This document shows positions 1 through 9,800 of a DNA stretch of 64,000 nucleotides, in pieces; the first letter of the stretch is position 1; the number at the start of each line of letters is the position of its first letter. This stretch comes from a virus. Its lineage: Duplodnaviria; Caudoviricetes. Made by a program: the position numbers and the translations under genes. Under the pieces are notes generated by a model. That model searched no databases. It was given only the letters and a program-made list of their open reading frames with translations, and was not told the origin of the DNA. The stretch is taken from the IMG/VR virus record IMGVR_UViG_3300032007_000014. One strand, 5' to 3'.

Positions 1-111
1 AATGCAGATGTGGCTTTGATGAAGCGGTTCGGTGAACTTGCTCTCAAGTTTGTTCTTGCTGAACGTATTATCATGCGTGGTGGTGCATATCTTGGAGGAG
101 CGAAGAAATGA
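1..111 (+). CDS. 3' end of a truncated hypothetical protein
   Basis: Frame open from base 1 (NADVALMKRF...GGAKK*); its TGA overlaps the next ATG (ATGA). Confidence 0.6.
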   Translation, partial: NADVALMKRFGELALKFVLAERIIMRGGAYLGGAKK

Positions 112-500
112 GTACAAGTATCAATGGACTTTCCATTGTCAATGGCATGGAAGTGAAATTCTCTACATACAACAGGGTTGATGTGCAGACTTATCGTGGT
201 ACTGTGGTCGGACTTGTTGGGTTTGATGTGGCGAGAGTTCATGATGATATCATTGCCATTCACAACAACATGGAATCTGAAATTGCGAAGTTGCAGATTG
301 TCGCACAGCAATTCATTCTGCTCAAAACAGCAGATGGTGCGATCAGACCATTTGCAACCTGTTGGATCAAAGCATCATCATTCGAACGCACTGACAATAC
401 TGCAGATTGCAGAATGGTCATCTACGGTGTGACTGAATATGAAGCTGCTAAGATCATGACATACATTCGTGATCTCGGATTCGAATGTGAGAAGATCTGA
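108..500 (+). CDS. hypothetical phage protein (130 aa)
   Basis: GGAGGAG RBS, coupled to upstream ORF, followed by a hairpin. Confidence 0.75.
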   Translation: MSTSINGLSIVNGMEVKFSTYNRVDVQTYRGTVVGLVGFDVARVHDDIIAIHNNMESEIAKLQIVAQQFILLKTADGAIRPFATCWIKASSFERTDNTADCRMVIYGVTEYEAAKIMTYIRDLGFECEKI

Positions 501-510
501 AACAATAGAA

Positions 511-544
511 CATCTACCCTCCGGATTCCTCCGGAGGGTAGATG
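511..544. terminator. bidirectional hairpin terminator
   Basis: CATCTACCCTCCGG-ATTCCT-CCGGAGGGTAGATG between convergent genes. Confidence 0.75.
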
Positions 545-562
545 CTTATTTGTTTGTTTTGA

Positions 563-1075
563 TTACTGGACTTTCATGACGCCCAGTTTGAAGACATTGG
601 GACTCATCTTCATGATGTCGTTAAACGAACGCTGCATGACGATGCCTGGGTCCGCACCTTCCGGAGTTGCATGTGATGCTGTGCTCTTTGATCCTTCGAC
701 TTTCGGATCATAATCGATGTTGACATCGACAGTGCGTGCAGCAGTATCGATCCAGATCCACATGATGTTCCACTTGCGTCCAAGGTAATACAGACGGATT
801 TCCTGGACGTAGCGGAGAATCATGAAGTATGCTTTGTCGTCGATCGCGTTGCGGACATACGTGTACTTTTCACCATCTTCGGAGGTGTAGAACGGCGTTG
901 CCGCTGCCCATGCAACAGGGCACTCGATGTAGATCAGACCTTTGGTGAAACCAAGTCTCTTGAGCATACTGAATGCCCATGAGGTGACAGGTTCAATATT
1001 CGGTTCTTTCGGAGCATTGTTGTTTCCGAATAACCATCCTTCCTGTGAAGGATCGATTTTCTTTTTGAACTTCAT
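563..1075 (-). CDS. hypothetical protein, possible internal head protein with short MKFK..SQE leader
   Basis: 170-aa ORF at the end of the head-protein operon; starts MKFKKKIDPSQE-G. Confidence 0.7.
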   Translation of the reverse strand: MKFKKKIDPSQEGWLFGNNNAPKEPNIEPVTSWAFSMLKRLGFTKGLIYIECPVAWAAATPFYTSEDGEKYTYVRNAIDDKAYFMILRYVQEIRLYYLGRKWNIMWIWIDTAARTVDVNIDYDPKVEGSKSTASHATPEGADPGIVMQRSFNDIMKMSPNVFKLGVMKVQ

Positions 1076-1083
1076 GGTTTACC

Positions 1084-2169
1084 TCACTTGAACTGAGAAA
1101 GCCACTGTGCGACTTCCTGCAGGCGTTGGTTGTAGACATTGCAGAAATTCGAAACGATCGAAACCTGCGTGATCAGGATATTGACGATATTCAGAATCGA
1201 CTGACAACGTGTTGCCCTTTCGGAAGACACGGTCATCTGATTCATATCTTTCTTCTTCTTGGCGGCATTGTACTCAGCCTTTGCAGTGCGAAGAAGAGTA
1301 TCAACTGCAGTCTCGAGAGACGAGATGATGTTCTGTCCAGCTGTGATGCTGGTCATGACACCAGCAATGTTGGCGTCAACGCCGCTCTGCGAGAGATTCA
1401 GCCAATCACGAAGTTCAAGACGTTCGAGTTGGAATTCACCGAACTGGATCTTTCCTGTTTCGTGATCGATGGTGCATCCATGGTTCGCATTGAGGAACGT
1501 TCCTGTGATCACCTGTGCAACTGCATCGGTGACTTGGATTCGACCCATGAGGATGTCCTGCTGAATGACACCATTGCTGAGCTTCACAGCAATCGCACTG
1601 ATGACATCAACGCGCTGTTTGAGATGATCCCAGCGAGGAACTTCAGATGCGAATTTGTGTTCAGGAACTTTGAGAATGGCATCTTCGAAGTTGTTGGCGA
1701 ACTTCATGATCATGCTGCTCGATGCACGTGCCTTGTCGATGTCCTCTTTCTTGATGAATCCGACTTTCTTGAGGAAAGCGAACAGTCTCGTGAGAGCATT
1801 GACGATGAATTCCCAGATCTTGAGAGCCCACTCTTGCAGAGTGTCAATCAGTCCCTGCATGCACACATCTTTCTTGTGCGCAACTGTTCCGATCAGATCG
1901 GAAGGAGTGATACCGATGAACTCCATGAAGTTGCCATCGGAGTTGACGATGTCAAGCCAGGTGTCGCTGTAACCAGCGGCTTCGAGTGATGCGATACACT
2001 GATCGCAATCCTTGATAACGGACAGCGCCATTTCAACCTTGTCAAGACAAGGACGCATGATCTCACTGTACGACCCGATACCAAGTGCGATGTTCTGAAT
2101 GTCAGATGCTGCATCAACTGCAGATTTGACAGGTTCAGATTTCTTCGCGTAGTTCGATGTCAGTTGCAT
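1084..2169 (-). CDS. phiKZ-like internal head (inner-body paralog family) protein
   Basis: ASLE-A site followed by amphipathic helix (KIWEFIVNALTRLFAFL), same layout as 4039, 50874 and 53912. Confidence 0.6.
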   Translation of the reverse strand: MQLTSNYAKKSEPVKSAVDAASDIQNIALGIGSYSEIMRPCLDKVEMALSVIKDCDQCIASLEAAGYSDTWLDIVNSDGNFMEFIGITPSDLIGTVAHKKDVCMQGLIDTLQEWALKIWEFIVNALTRLFAFLKKVGFIKKEDIDKARASSSMIMKFANNFEDAILKVPEHKFASEVPRWDHLKQRVDVISAIAVKLSNGVIQQDILMGRIQVTDAVAQVITGTFLNANHGCTIDHETGKIQFGEFQLERLELRDWLNLSQSGVDANIAGVMTSITAGQNIISSLETAVDTLLRTAKAEYNAAKKKKDMNQMTVSSERATRCQSILNIVNILITQVSIVSNFCNVYNQRLQEVAQWLSQFK

Positions 2170-2175
2170 TGTGAT

Positions 2176-3711
2176 TTATCCTTTTGCCAATTGTTGGAAT
2201 TTTTCGCCATAGAAGCTGATGAGATTGTTCGACAGATTGTCAAGTTGATTGATCAGCTCTTCGATTTCCGGAACAACACGTCCGTGGACAATAATGTCGA
2301 TCCAAGATGTAATACTCAGATATTTGAGAATGATCTTGTATCTGGCATATTGTTTCGCACGGTATCCACTTCGTTCATCATAGTTCTCGATGGACTTGAT
2401 GATCTGTTCGATGTCATTGATGTACTTGTGGATGAATTCAGGATTCGCGTTGTTTGCTTTCAGTCCTTGGATGCTGACTTTCATGATCTCTTTGAATCTA
2501 TCCGCACCATTCGGGTACAGACTGTATGATTTGCTTTTTGCCAAATATGGCATATAAGAGATGATGTGAAGTTTCTCAAATAAGGACATTTGAGTCCGGA
2601 ATTTCCCTGCCTTTATCATACTCATCAGGGCTTCTTTTGAGTACCCAAAGTAGGTGTACATGCGATGCATTTTCTCAAGTCCGGAGACAAGTTCTTTACC
2701 GTATCCATGACGTGTGGCATATGCATCAGCTTCACGTTCCATGAATGTCATGTCACGTTCTGAAGAAAGAACATCACTGTACTTGGTATACTGCGCATCG
2801 CTCATGTATTTGTTGTAGTAAGGATTGTTGAAGAAGTTCTTCGTTCCCTGCCACATACCACGACAGATGTCTTTTGCCATTCCGAACATTGGACTGACGA
2901 ATGTGTTGATTCTCTCAGGATCAGCATTGCTGAAATTGGCACATTCCTTCTCGAAGTTCAACGCTGCTGTTTTGAGTTGCTTCGCATCAGATGCACCCAT
3001 CTTGATTGCTTCATCAGCAATAGCTTCAACAAACTTCATCTTCTCAACAGTTGACGCTTGCTTGTTGAAAGAGTCGAGAAGATTGTCATATTCTGCAACA
3101 TGACAGAATGTGTCTGCCGCATACTCCAGGAGAGAAAGAGTATGTCCTATCTCGTGTAGCATAATGCCTGAGATTTCGCGAGCTGTAAAATTCTCAACAG
3201 GTGTTCCAGCTGGGAAGTTGTCAGTGATGCAGAAAGCCATCTCAAAGTCAAAGAACATTTGACAATGAACCAACTCTTTGAGTTTGTTCCTGACACTTGT
3301 CTTGATACCACCAGTTTTCGGATCAAATGCTTTCACGATGGCGATGAGTTCATCTGCCGTGACAGGAAGTTTGTTTGGAAAACTTCCTCTCGTTCCTGCA
3401 GATTTCACATATTCGATGAATGTTGCTCCCCAGTTTCCAATAAACATGCAAGTAGCGAAATCCGTATCGAAGTTCTGCATGAACTCCATCTCATCAACCC
3501 AGAAGCCAGCATACTTCCAGACTACATCGAAGAACTTCTTCACAGATTTTGTTCTGAAGTAATCGTGTAGTTTGTTTCTGCGATCTGTGGGAGTAAGATC
3601 TTTCAACTTGGTATCACGGTAATCAATCACATCTTGCCAAATGGCATCCAGTTGTTCACCCAACTTGGTGTTGATCTGGAAATCCATGGCTTCCATTGCT
3701 TTTGAAAACAT
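2176..3711 (-). CDS. virion protein with zincin-like HExxH motif
   Basis: IMLHEIGH plus downstream EREADAYA; N-terminal AME-A site; within structural block. Confidence 0.6.
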   Translation of the reverse strand: MFSKAMEAMDFQINTKLGEQLDAIWQDVIDYRDTKLKDLTPTDRRNKLHDYFRTKSVKKFFDVVWKYAGFWVDEMEFMQNFDTDFATCMFIGNWGATFIEYVKSAGTRGSFPNKLPVTADELIAIVKAFDPKTGGIKTSVRNKLKELVHCQMFFDFEMAFCITDNFPAGTPVENFTAREISGIMLHEIGHTLSLLEYAADTFCHVAEYDNLLDSFNKQASTVEKMKFVEAIADEAIKMGASDAKQLKTAALNFEKECANFSNADPERINTFVSPMFGMAKDICRGMWQGTKNFFNNPYYNKYMSDAQYTKYSDVLSSERDMTFMEREADAYATRHGYGKELVSGLEKMHRMYTYFGYSKEALMSMIKAGKFRTQMSLFEKLHIISYMPYLAKSKSYSLYPNGADRFKEIMKVSIQGLKANNANPEFIHKYINDIEQIIKSIENYDERSGYRAKQYARYKIILKYLSITSWIDIIVHGRVVPEIEELINQLDNLSNNLISFYGEKFQQLAKG

Positions 3712-3757
3712 GATATCTCCCTAAGTTATAATGAGTAATTTCCTCTATAAAATTACG

Positions 3758-3768
3758 CATAATATGGC
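3758..3768 (-). promoter_or_regulatory. putative late promoter GCCATATTATG
   Basis: One of ~10 CCATnnTAT(G/A) copies oriented toward structural genes. Confidence 0.55.
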
Positions 3769-3809
3769 TCAACGCCTGGCTTAGACAAAAAATAAAAGAT
3801 ATTAAAATG

Positions 3810-3843
3810 CAACCCATCCGGACTGTGATGTCCGGATGGGTTG
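3810..3843 (-). terminator. hairpin terminator of early small-peptide cassette
   Basis: 14-bp stem CAACCCATCCGGAC/GTCCGGATGGGTTG. Confidence 0.7.
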
Positions 3844-3920
3844 TTTCAGATTGGCGGAACGTGGAATCATTCTGCTCTCGGTGAGCATTACTTTGTTTTG
3901 GTTGATTTTTTTTGAAAAAC

Positions 3921-3971
3921 TTATTTGCCGATCCCGCCACCAAATCCGATGAGAATTGCTACAACGTTCAT
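3921..3971 (-). CDS. 16-aa hydrophobic peptide MNVVAILIGFGGGIGK
   Basis: AAGGAGGT RBS directly upstream, early promoter at 4003-4010, terminator at 3810-3843. Confidence 0.6.
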   Translation of the reverse strand: MNVVAILIGFGGGIGK

Positions 3972-4002
3972 AGCACCTCCTTATCGGTTTGGTTCTACAT
4001 TT

Positions 4003-4010
4003 GTAATATA
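4003..4010 (-). promoter_or_regulatory. early (virion RNAP) promoter TATATTAC
   Basis: Matches phiKZ early promoter consensus; recurs upstream of early genes. Confidence 0.65.
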
Positions 4011-4038
4011 TTTCCAAATCGATATGGAGTTCATGACG

Positions 4039-4989
4039 TCATTTCTTATTCTTCTGGATCGCTCTCATGAGATCAATCAGTTCTGAGAAGTATTTGTCCA
4101 TCCACGCAATGCGTGTTGCAACAATCACAAGACCTGATTTGGTGAACTCATAGATCTGATTCTGTGAACTCATCTGTTCCTGAAGTTCAGTCACAACTGC
4201 AGAACTTGCATTGTTACTGATGTTCTTCTCGATCTTGCTTTTCAGCTCTTTCGATTTGTCAAGAACATATTTGTTCAGCTGTTTCAGAGTGGTGGAATCG
4301 TGAGTCGTTGTTAACAGCTCACCAACTGTCGTGTACATCTTGTCGTAATCCCACCCAAGTGCTTTAAGCACTCCAGTTGCTTCCAACGTGGTGAGATCAA
4401 CAATGTTGACGAGTTGAAGGGTATTCTCAATCCTGCAACCAAGTTCAACTTCGCAGTTTGCGAAGAGTTTGTTCGCATGACTGAATTCAACAACTCGTGT
4501 ACTCGACTGAAGAATCAAAACAAGTTTCTTCACTTGTTCGTTGAAACTGTGGAAATCGTTGTAACGAATTGTCAACATTGTGGAGTTGGCAAATTCCTCA
4601 CGCATCTTTTCATCAACGAACTGAAGAATGAATGCTTGTTGTGCGACGAGTTTGCGTTGTGCTCTGAAGTAGATATCGAAGATCAATCTGAACAGATGAA
4701 CGATCTGTTCAATAACCCAAGTGATTGCATTCATCAGACCTTTGAGAATGGCCTTCAGTGAATCACCAATTGGGTTCTTGATCTCGATGAGTGCTTCAGT
4801 GGAAATGATACCTGCTTTTGAGATGTCCTCCAAATAGCACTCAACAGACACCGGAAGTGTCTGTCGATCCATATCAGCAGAGCATGCATTGAACAAAGCA
4901 CAGCCTCGTTCATACAATTTGATCGCACAAGAAAGCTGATCATTCGTATCCAGGAACTCCTGGTAAAGTTGTTCGACTGTCATGATCAA
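4039..4989 (-). CDS. phiKZ-like internal head protein paralog
   Basis: ISTE-A site followed by amphipathic helix. Confidence 0.55.
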   Translation of the reverse strand: MIMTVEQLYQEFLDTNDQLSCAIKLYERGCALFNACSADMDRQTLPVSVECYLEDISKAGIISTEALIEIKNPIGDSLKAILKGLMNAITWVIEQIVHLFRLIFDIYFRAQRKLVAQQAFILQFVDEKMREEFANSTMLTIRYNDFHSFNEQVKKLVLILQSSTRVVEFSHANKLFANCEVELGCRIENTLQLVNIVDLTTLEATGVLKALGWDYDKMYTTVGELLTTTHDSTTLKQLNKYVLDKSKELKSKIEKNISNNASSAVVTELQEQMSSQNQIYEFTKSGLVIVATRIAWMDKYFSELIDLMRAIQKNKK

Positions 4990-5918
4990 GCCTCCCTACA
5001 GCATCCAACTTCATTACATTCTTCACTCTTCTTCATCTTTCTCTTTTCGATGAGACGAAGATGAATGAGAAGGTAGCGAAACTCTGGTGTATCTTCCGGA
5101 ACTTGTTTGTAGGATCTTGCATAATAATCTCTCCAATCATTCTTGGATTTGAGATCATCGAGATCCATTGCAACGATAGCATCCGGGCTGAACGTACTGT
5201 ATTTCACAGCCCTGTTCACCAGGTACTTGTATTCCGGAGAATTACAACGTTCCGTGTGAGTCAAGTGGGAAGTCCATTTGACAATATTGCTCACATCGAA
5301 TGTGTTCATTGTTGGATTGACATAAACACTCAGAAGCATGATGTTGCAAAGTGTATCGATGTTGTTGATGATCGTTTGTTCATCAGCATCCCAGAACTTG
5401 ATAGATTCCAGGAATGTGTACTGAAGTTCGTAGATTTTCCAAACTTCAGACATGGGGATCGAAACACTTACACGAGGTCTGTGTCTCCAACATGCTTCAG
5501 CCTCTTCATGAGAAGAGATGAGAGAACTTGCAAGTCCTGAAATCATCTCTGCCAACATCTTGGATGTTGCAAACTGAATGGAGTTCTTTGGAATTCCTTG
5601 CAGTGCTGCAGCAAAAGAAGGAGTTGACTTACAGAATCCATCCCCGTAGTTACGGTTCTGGATTCTGATAAGACAACTTTTCCAAGCATCAAGAAGATAT
5701 TTCTTGACATATGGTTCGTACAGTTTCTTGATCCTGGGAAAATCATCACATGCTTTGCAGCATTCTGCTGCTGACCTGTATTCCGCAGGACCCATGAAAC
5801 TGTCTTGATAAGTGTTGACAGAGTACACGCTTAATGCACCATCATCGACGATGAATTTGCATTTACGCATGACTTCAATCAAAGCAAGATCTCTGATAAT
5901 ACATTCTGGATCGAACAT
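4986..5918 (-). CDS. hypothetical protein (310 aa)
   Basis: Long ORF with AAGGAGG RBS in the head operon. Confidence 0.7.
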   Translation of the reverse strand: MFDPECIIRDLALIEVMRKCKFIVDDGALSVYSVNTYQDSFMGPAEYRSAAECCKACDDFPRIKKLYEPYVKKYLLDAWKSCLIRIQNRNYGDGFCKSTPSFAAALQGIPKNSIQFATSKMLAEMISGLASSLISSHEEAEACWRHRPRVSVSIPMSEVWKIYELQYTFLESIKFWDADEQTIINNIDTLCNIMLLSVYVNPTMNTFDVSNIVKWTSHLTHTERCNSPEYKYLVNRAVKYSTFSPDAIVAMDLDDLKSKNDWRDYYARSYKQVPEDTPEFRYLLIHLRLIEKRKMKKSEECNEVGCCREA

Positions 5919-5938
5919 AACAGAGATCCTCCTTGATA

Positions 5939-6910
5939 TCAGGAATTGTAGTACTTGTCGAGCTTCTGATCAATACGCGCGATGATCGCGGTGTAGTTTT
6001 CGATGATCTTGAGCTGTTTCTTGTATTCCGGAGATTCCGGATCAACTCCATCCAGCTCAAGTTTCAGAAGCTGAACGCGTGCTTGCATGAGATCACGTTC
6101 TGATCTCAGACGACGCATTTTCTCATCCTTGATCGTGACGAACCAGTCGCCAATTTTCTTGAAGATTCCGATTCCTCGGGCACCTGCCTCGATGTCAGCA
6201 TCTGTGACACCGCCAGCAACCTTGGCGAATTTGGCGTTCGACTGATTGTTGCCATTCACCAGAAGCACATCACTTCCACCGTTCTTGTAGTTGAGAACGT
6301 TGTTGATGAAGTTGCTTCCACTGCGTCCGTTGATGATGCGATTGATCATAGCAGGAACAACCTTCACTGCTTCTTCCAGATATTTCATCTGGTAGGGCAG
6401 AAGTCTCGGAAGACCTGCGACCACTTCGGACATGAACAGAGTGATGTACCAGTCGATGAACTTGCCAAACATCTCTGCATCAACGATCATTCCAATCACA
6501 GCAGCGTGGCTGACTTTGGAGTTGAAGAGATTGATGCTCTTGTTCTGGAAGATCTCGTCAACGTTCTTGGCGATCTCATCCAGGATCACAGCGAAGCTTG
6601 CGAGTGTATCCGCAAATGCACCGAGGAATCTTTCATCCATGGCTTTCTTTGCAGCATACTGCATTTCCTTGTAGATCGCATTGTAGAACGCGACGGACTT
6701 GCGCTGATCACCAGGTTTGGCTTTCAGATATTCCTTCATCTTCTTCTCGGAAGGACCGAGTTCAGTGAAGAATTTCAGATTGTTCTTGACAGCTCCGGAG
6801 ACCACATCGATGTAGTCGAGGAACTGATCCTTGGTCATGCTCCCGATGGAGCCACCGCCTTTCAGCTGTTCACTGATCGCGGCATCGAGTTTATCAATAG
6901 GGTTTGCCAT
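5939..6910 (-). CDS. virion head protein (phiKZ gp90-like by synteny)
   Basis: Helical protein with C-terminal coiled coil; lies after the gp89-like gene. Confidence 0.55.
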   Translation of the reverse strand: MANPIDKLDAAISEQLKGGGSIGSMTKDQFLDYIDVVSGAVKNNLKFFTELGPSEKKMKEYLKAKPGDQRKSVAFYNAIYKEMQYAAKKAMDERFLGAFADTLASFAVILDEIAKNVDEIFQNKSINLFNSKVSHAAVIGMIVDAEMFGKFIDWYITLFMSEVVAGLPRLLPYQMKYLEEAVKVVPAMINRIINGRSGSNFINNVLNYKNGGSDVLLVNGNNQSNAKFAKVAGGVTDADIEAGARGIGIFKKIGDWFVTIKDEKMRRLRSERDLMQARVQLLKLELDGVDPESPEYKKQLKIIENYTAIIARIDQKLDKYYNS

Positions 6911-6935
6911 GATTCGATTCCTTGTTCAGTGTTGC

Positions 6936-8030
6936 TTAGAAGCGGGGTGCGTTGCCATTGTTCAGGAGCTGGAGCAGGGTCTTCATGTCGATACCATCCG
7001 ACTTCTTGCCGGCTTTTTCGATCATGTCGACCGTGTATTCTCCGCGGGATTCGATGCCGTTGAAGTACATGTCGATCGTGTTGTACATGTTGTCGTACAC
7101 ACTGATGATCATGCTCATCGTATCGTTGAACAGATTCTGACGTTGGTCATAGCGTTTGATGTCGAAACCGACATCTTTGCTGACGCGGTCGAGGGTCTGT
7201 TTGCTGATAATGATCAGACTGTTCGCAGCGTTGCGTGTCTGGTTGGCGCCGGGTGAATAGTTCTTCGCGGCTTTCGCTGTGTTGGCGACTTTGCGGAGTT
7301 CCATCTCACGGAGGATGCCGTCTTTGTCAGCTTGCAGTGCTTTCTTGCGTTTTGCGACGCGGTCGCATTCGAAGATGAAATCCTTCCAGAAAGAAATCTC
7401 GCCGGCTTTATAAGCCCACCAGCGACGGGACACAGGAGGCGTGAAGTTCAGGTTGATGAAACCTTCGAGAACCGGACCAGGTGTCAGATAAGGAAGCAAC
7501 TGCACATAGAAGTACAGGTGAATCTTGTCATCGTTGGACTTGCTTCCGGGAACCGTGACTTCGAGAATACGACCGCAGTACAGGTTGGCAGAAGCAGACT
7601 CCATGTCTTTCCATTCGGCTTTCCTGTCATCTTTCTTCTGACCATTGTCTTCCATGGAGACTTCGTTGATCGTGACTTTGTCTTCGCCGAATTCAGCTTT
7701 GGCGAGATCAACGATCGAGTGGAATTCTTCCGTGGAAACGACGCTCATGAGATCGCGGACAGTCTTTCCAGACTCAACGAGACCATTCATGCCGATGGCA
7801 TTGAAGACATATGCACAGTAGATCTGGTTCAGCATCTTCATCAGAGGATGAATCGCAGATTCCTGAGCAAGGGTGTCTTCGATGTAGACACGACTCATGA
7901 TGTTCGTCTTCTTCGTGAACTCAGTCAAAGAGTTCACTCCGCGGTCCTTGCAGCTGTTGAGAAAGGCCATGAGTTCAGCGATCGTCGCTGTTCCGCCTTT
8001 CGCCATTGCAATTGCAGTAGCAGGATCCAT
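6936..8030 (-). CDS. virion head/inner-body protein (phiKZ gp89-like)
   Basis: SLTEFTK, VSTE/VSME sites, RWWAYKAGEISFWKDFIF; divergent from the gp88/87-like pair. Confidence 0.6.
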   Translation of the reverse strand: MDPATAIAMAKGGTATIAELMAFLNSCKDRGVNSLTEFTKKTNIMSRVYIEDTLAQESAIHPLMKMLNQIYCAYVFNAIGMNGLVESGKTVRDLMSVVSTEEFHSIVDLAKAEFGEDKVTINEVSMEDNGQKKDDRKAEWKDMESASANLYCGRILEVTVPGSKSNDDKIHLYFYVQLLPYLTPGPVLEGFINLNFTPPVSRRWWAYKAGEISFWKDFIFECDRVAKRKKALQADKDGILREMELRKVANTAKAAKNYSPGANQTRNAANSLIIISKQTLDRVSKDVGFDIKRYDQRQNLFNDTMSMIISVYDNMYNTIDMYFNGIESRGEYTVDMIEKAGKKSDGIDMKTLLQLLNNGNAPRF

Positions 8031-8247
8031 TTTCTTCTCCTTGAATTTTATATTGATGTGGGTGAAAATTTGTGCTATAACAAGTTAATTTTTGGTGGAT
8101 TTAGCCCCGATTTAGGACGGTCGTCCATAGTATAGTTGGTGGTCCTCCCAGCTAAAACCCATTAGTGACATACGTTTTCGAGGGCCATTTAAAAGCCAAT
8201 TACCTCGATTTCGAATGTCATAAATACGTGTTATACAAGGAGTAATT

Positions 8248-9786
8248 ATGGCTAGTCAAATGTCATATACAGTCAGAGGACGAACGTTTATCGTGACTGT
8301 GAAAGATCCTGACAATGCAAAGATACAACAACTTGCAAATGACTTAAAAGCAAAGAATCCCGGATGGTCAAAATCTCTGTGTCTCTCCACCGCTAGAGCG
8401 AAAGAGCGTCAGGAACGTGGACGTGAAGCATATGAGAAAGCACTCAAAGCTGGAACTCTCTACGAGGTTCAACAGAATCCTCAACGTCAAGCACCGAATG
8501 GTGGAATGACAAAAGGTGAACCTGGTATCTCACAGAGATCAGATGATCGAATCTCTAAGCAAAAAGATGCGAACAAGAATCTGTATGATGCATTGAATGC
8601 AGAGATTGCCCATCTCAACGAAGAGCGTTCAAAGAAGGGACGAATTGATGTTGCCATTGCGAAACCGAAAGATGGTGACACTTTGCTTGAGTACTTGACG
8701 AATGTTGCTTTCCAAGCTGGAGGCAAAGGCGACTTCAATACTCAATTTGCAAACTTCTTCTCCAGACAGGATCGTTTTGGAAACAGCATGCTTCCGAGAA
8801 ATTCGGAATTTGCAGGATATACATTCATCACGAGACCTCGCCTCAATTTGACATCCGCGAATCTCATTGCTGACAGAAACTTTGCAGCACTCGATACTCT
8901 CAGTCCGAACACTGTTCCATTCATGATCAGATGTCTTCTGGACACGCAGTTCTGCAAAGATCAGTACGACATTGCAGCAAGATGTCAATTGCTTGATTAT
9001 TTTTCACCGTTCAACACCCTCTTATGCAATGCAATGCAATCTTGCACAGGATTTAACGATCCCATTCTTCAGACAGAAACTACAGAAGGTGGTTTCTTCT
9101 CGGAAGACCAGACCTTTGCAATTGGATATGATCGTATGGCGAAAACCTATGATATCAACATCCAGTTCAGAGATGTGCAAGGTGGACCCGTGCTTGCATT
9201 GATGGATTATTGGACGAGATATATTGCCAATTTGACAGATGGTACTTTCATTCAGTATCCAGATGCAATCGATTGCAATCGACTTGATTACACGGTCTCC
9301 ATTTACAGATTTGTTCTTGACAGATCGAAGAGATTCGTAACCAAGTGGGCAAAGTGTACAGGTTGTTTCCCAAGAACAGCACCTATCGGTGTTCCGTTCA
9401 ACAAGAATCAAGGAGAACACTTTGTCACAGCATCTGGTGAGTTTGCAATTCCTTTCGTATGTAACCACATTGGTTACAATGACCCAATCATCTTGAAGGA
9501 ATTCAACATGTTGGTTGAAAGGTATGCTGCTCCTGTCATGACTGGCAAGATCTTCAATGCAAAAGCAGAAAACAACTTCAATGGAGTTCCCTATATCCTT
9601 GCAAATTCACCATCTGGTGTAGAACTTGCTTGGGCACAATTGAATCTGTCAGATCAGAGAATCGCAGATGTGTCCGAGTTCTACAAGTATGGTAAACTGG
9701 GTGGACTTCCGTCTGCATCTGGCAATACAAGGTACTATGGAACAACAAGTTCACCTGCCCTTCAAAGAACAAGTTCTCAAGATTAA
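8248..9786 (+). CDS. virion tail/baseplate protein (phiKZ gp88-like)
   Basis: GYTFITRPRLNL, DYTVSIYRFVLD motifs; synteny. Confidence 0.55.
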   Translation: MASQMSYTVRGRTFIVTVKDPDNAKIQQLANDLKAKNPGWSKSLCLSTARAKERQERGREAYEKALKAGTLYEVQQNPQRQAPNGGMTKGEPGISQRSDDRISKQKDANKNLYDALNAEIAHLNEERSKKGRIDVAIAKPKDGDTLLEYLTNVAFQAGGKGDFNTQFANFFSRQDRFGNSMLPRNSEFAGYTFITRPRLNLTSANLIADRNFAALDTLSPNTVPFMIRCLLDTQFCKDQYDIAARCQLLDYFSPFNTLLCNAMQSCTGFNDPILQTETTEGGFFSEDQTFAIGYDRMAKTYDINIQFRDVQGGPVLALMDYWTRYIANLTDGTFIQYPDAIDCNRLDYTVSIYRFVLDRSKRFVTKWAKCTGCFPRTAPIGVPFNKNQGEHFVTASGEFAIPFVCNHIGYNDPIILKEFNMLVERYAAPVMTGKIFNAKAENNFNGVPYILANSPSGVELAWAQLNLSDQRIADVSEFYKYGKLGGLPSASGNTRYYGTTSSPALQRTSSQD

Positions 9787-9800
9787 GGAGTTGACCACAC

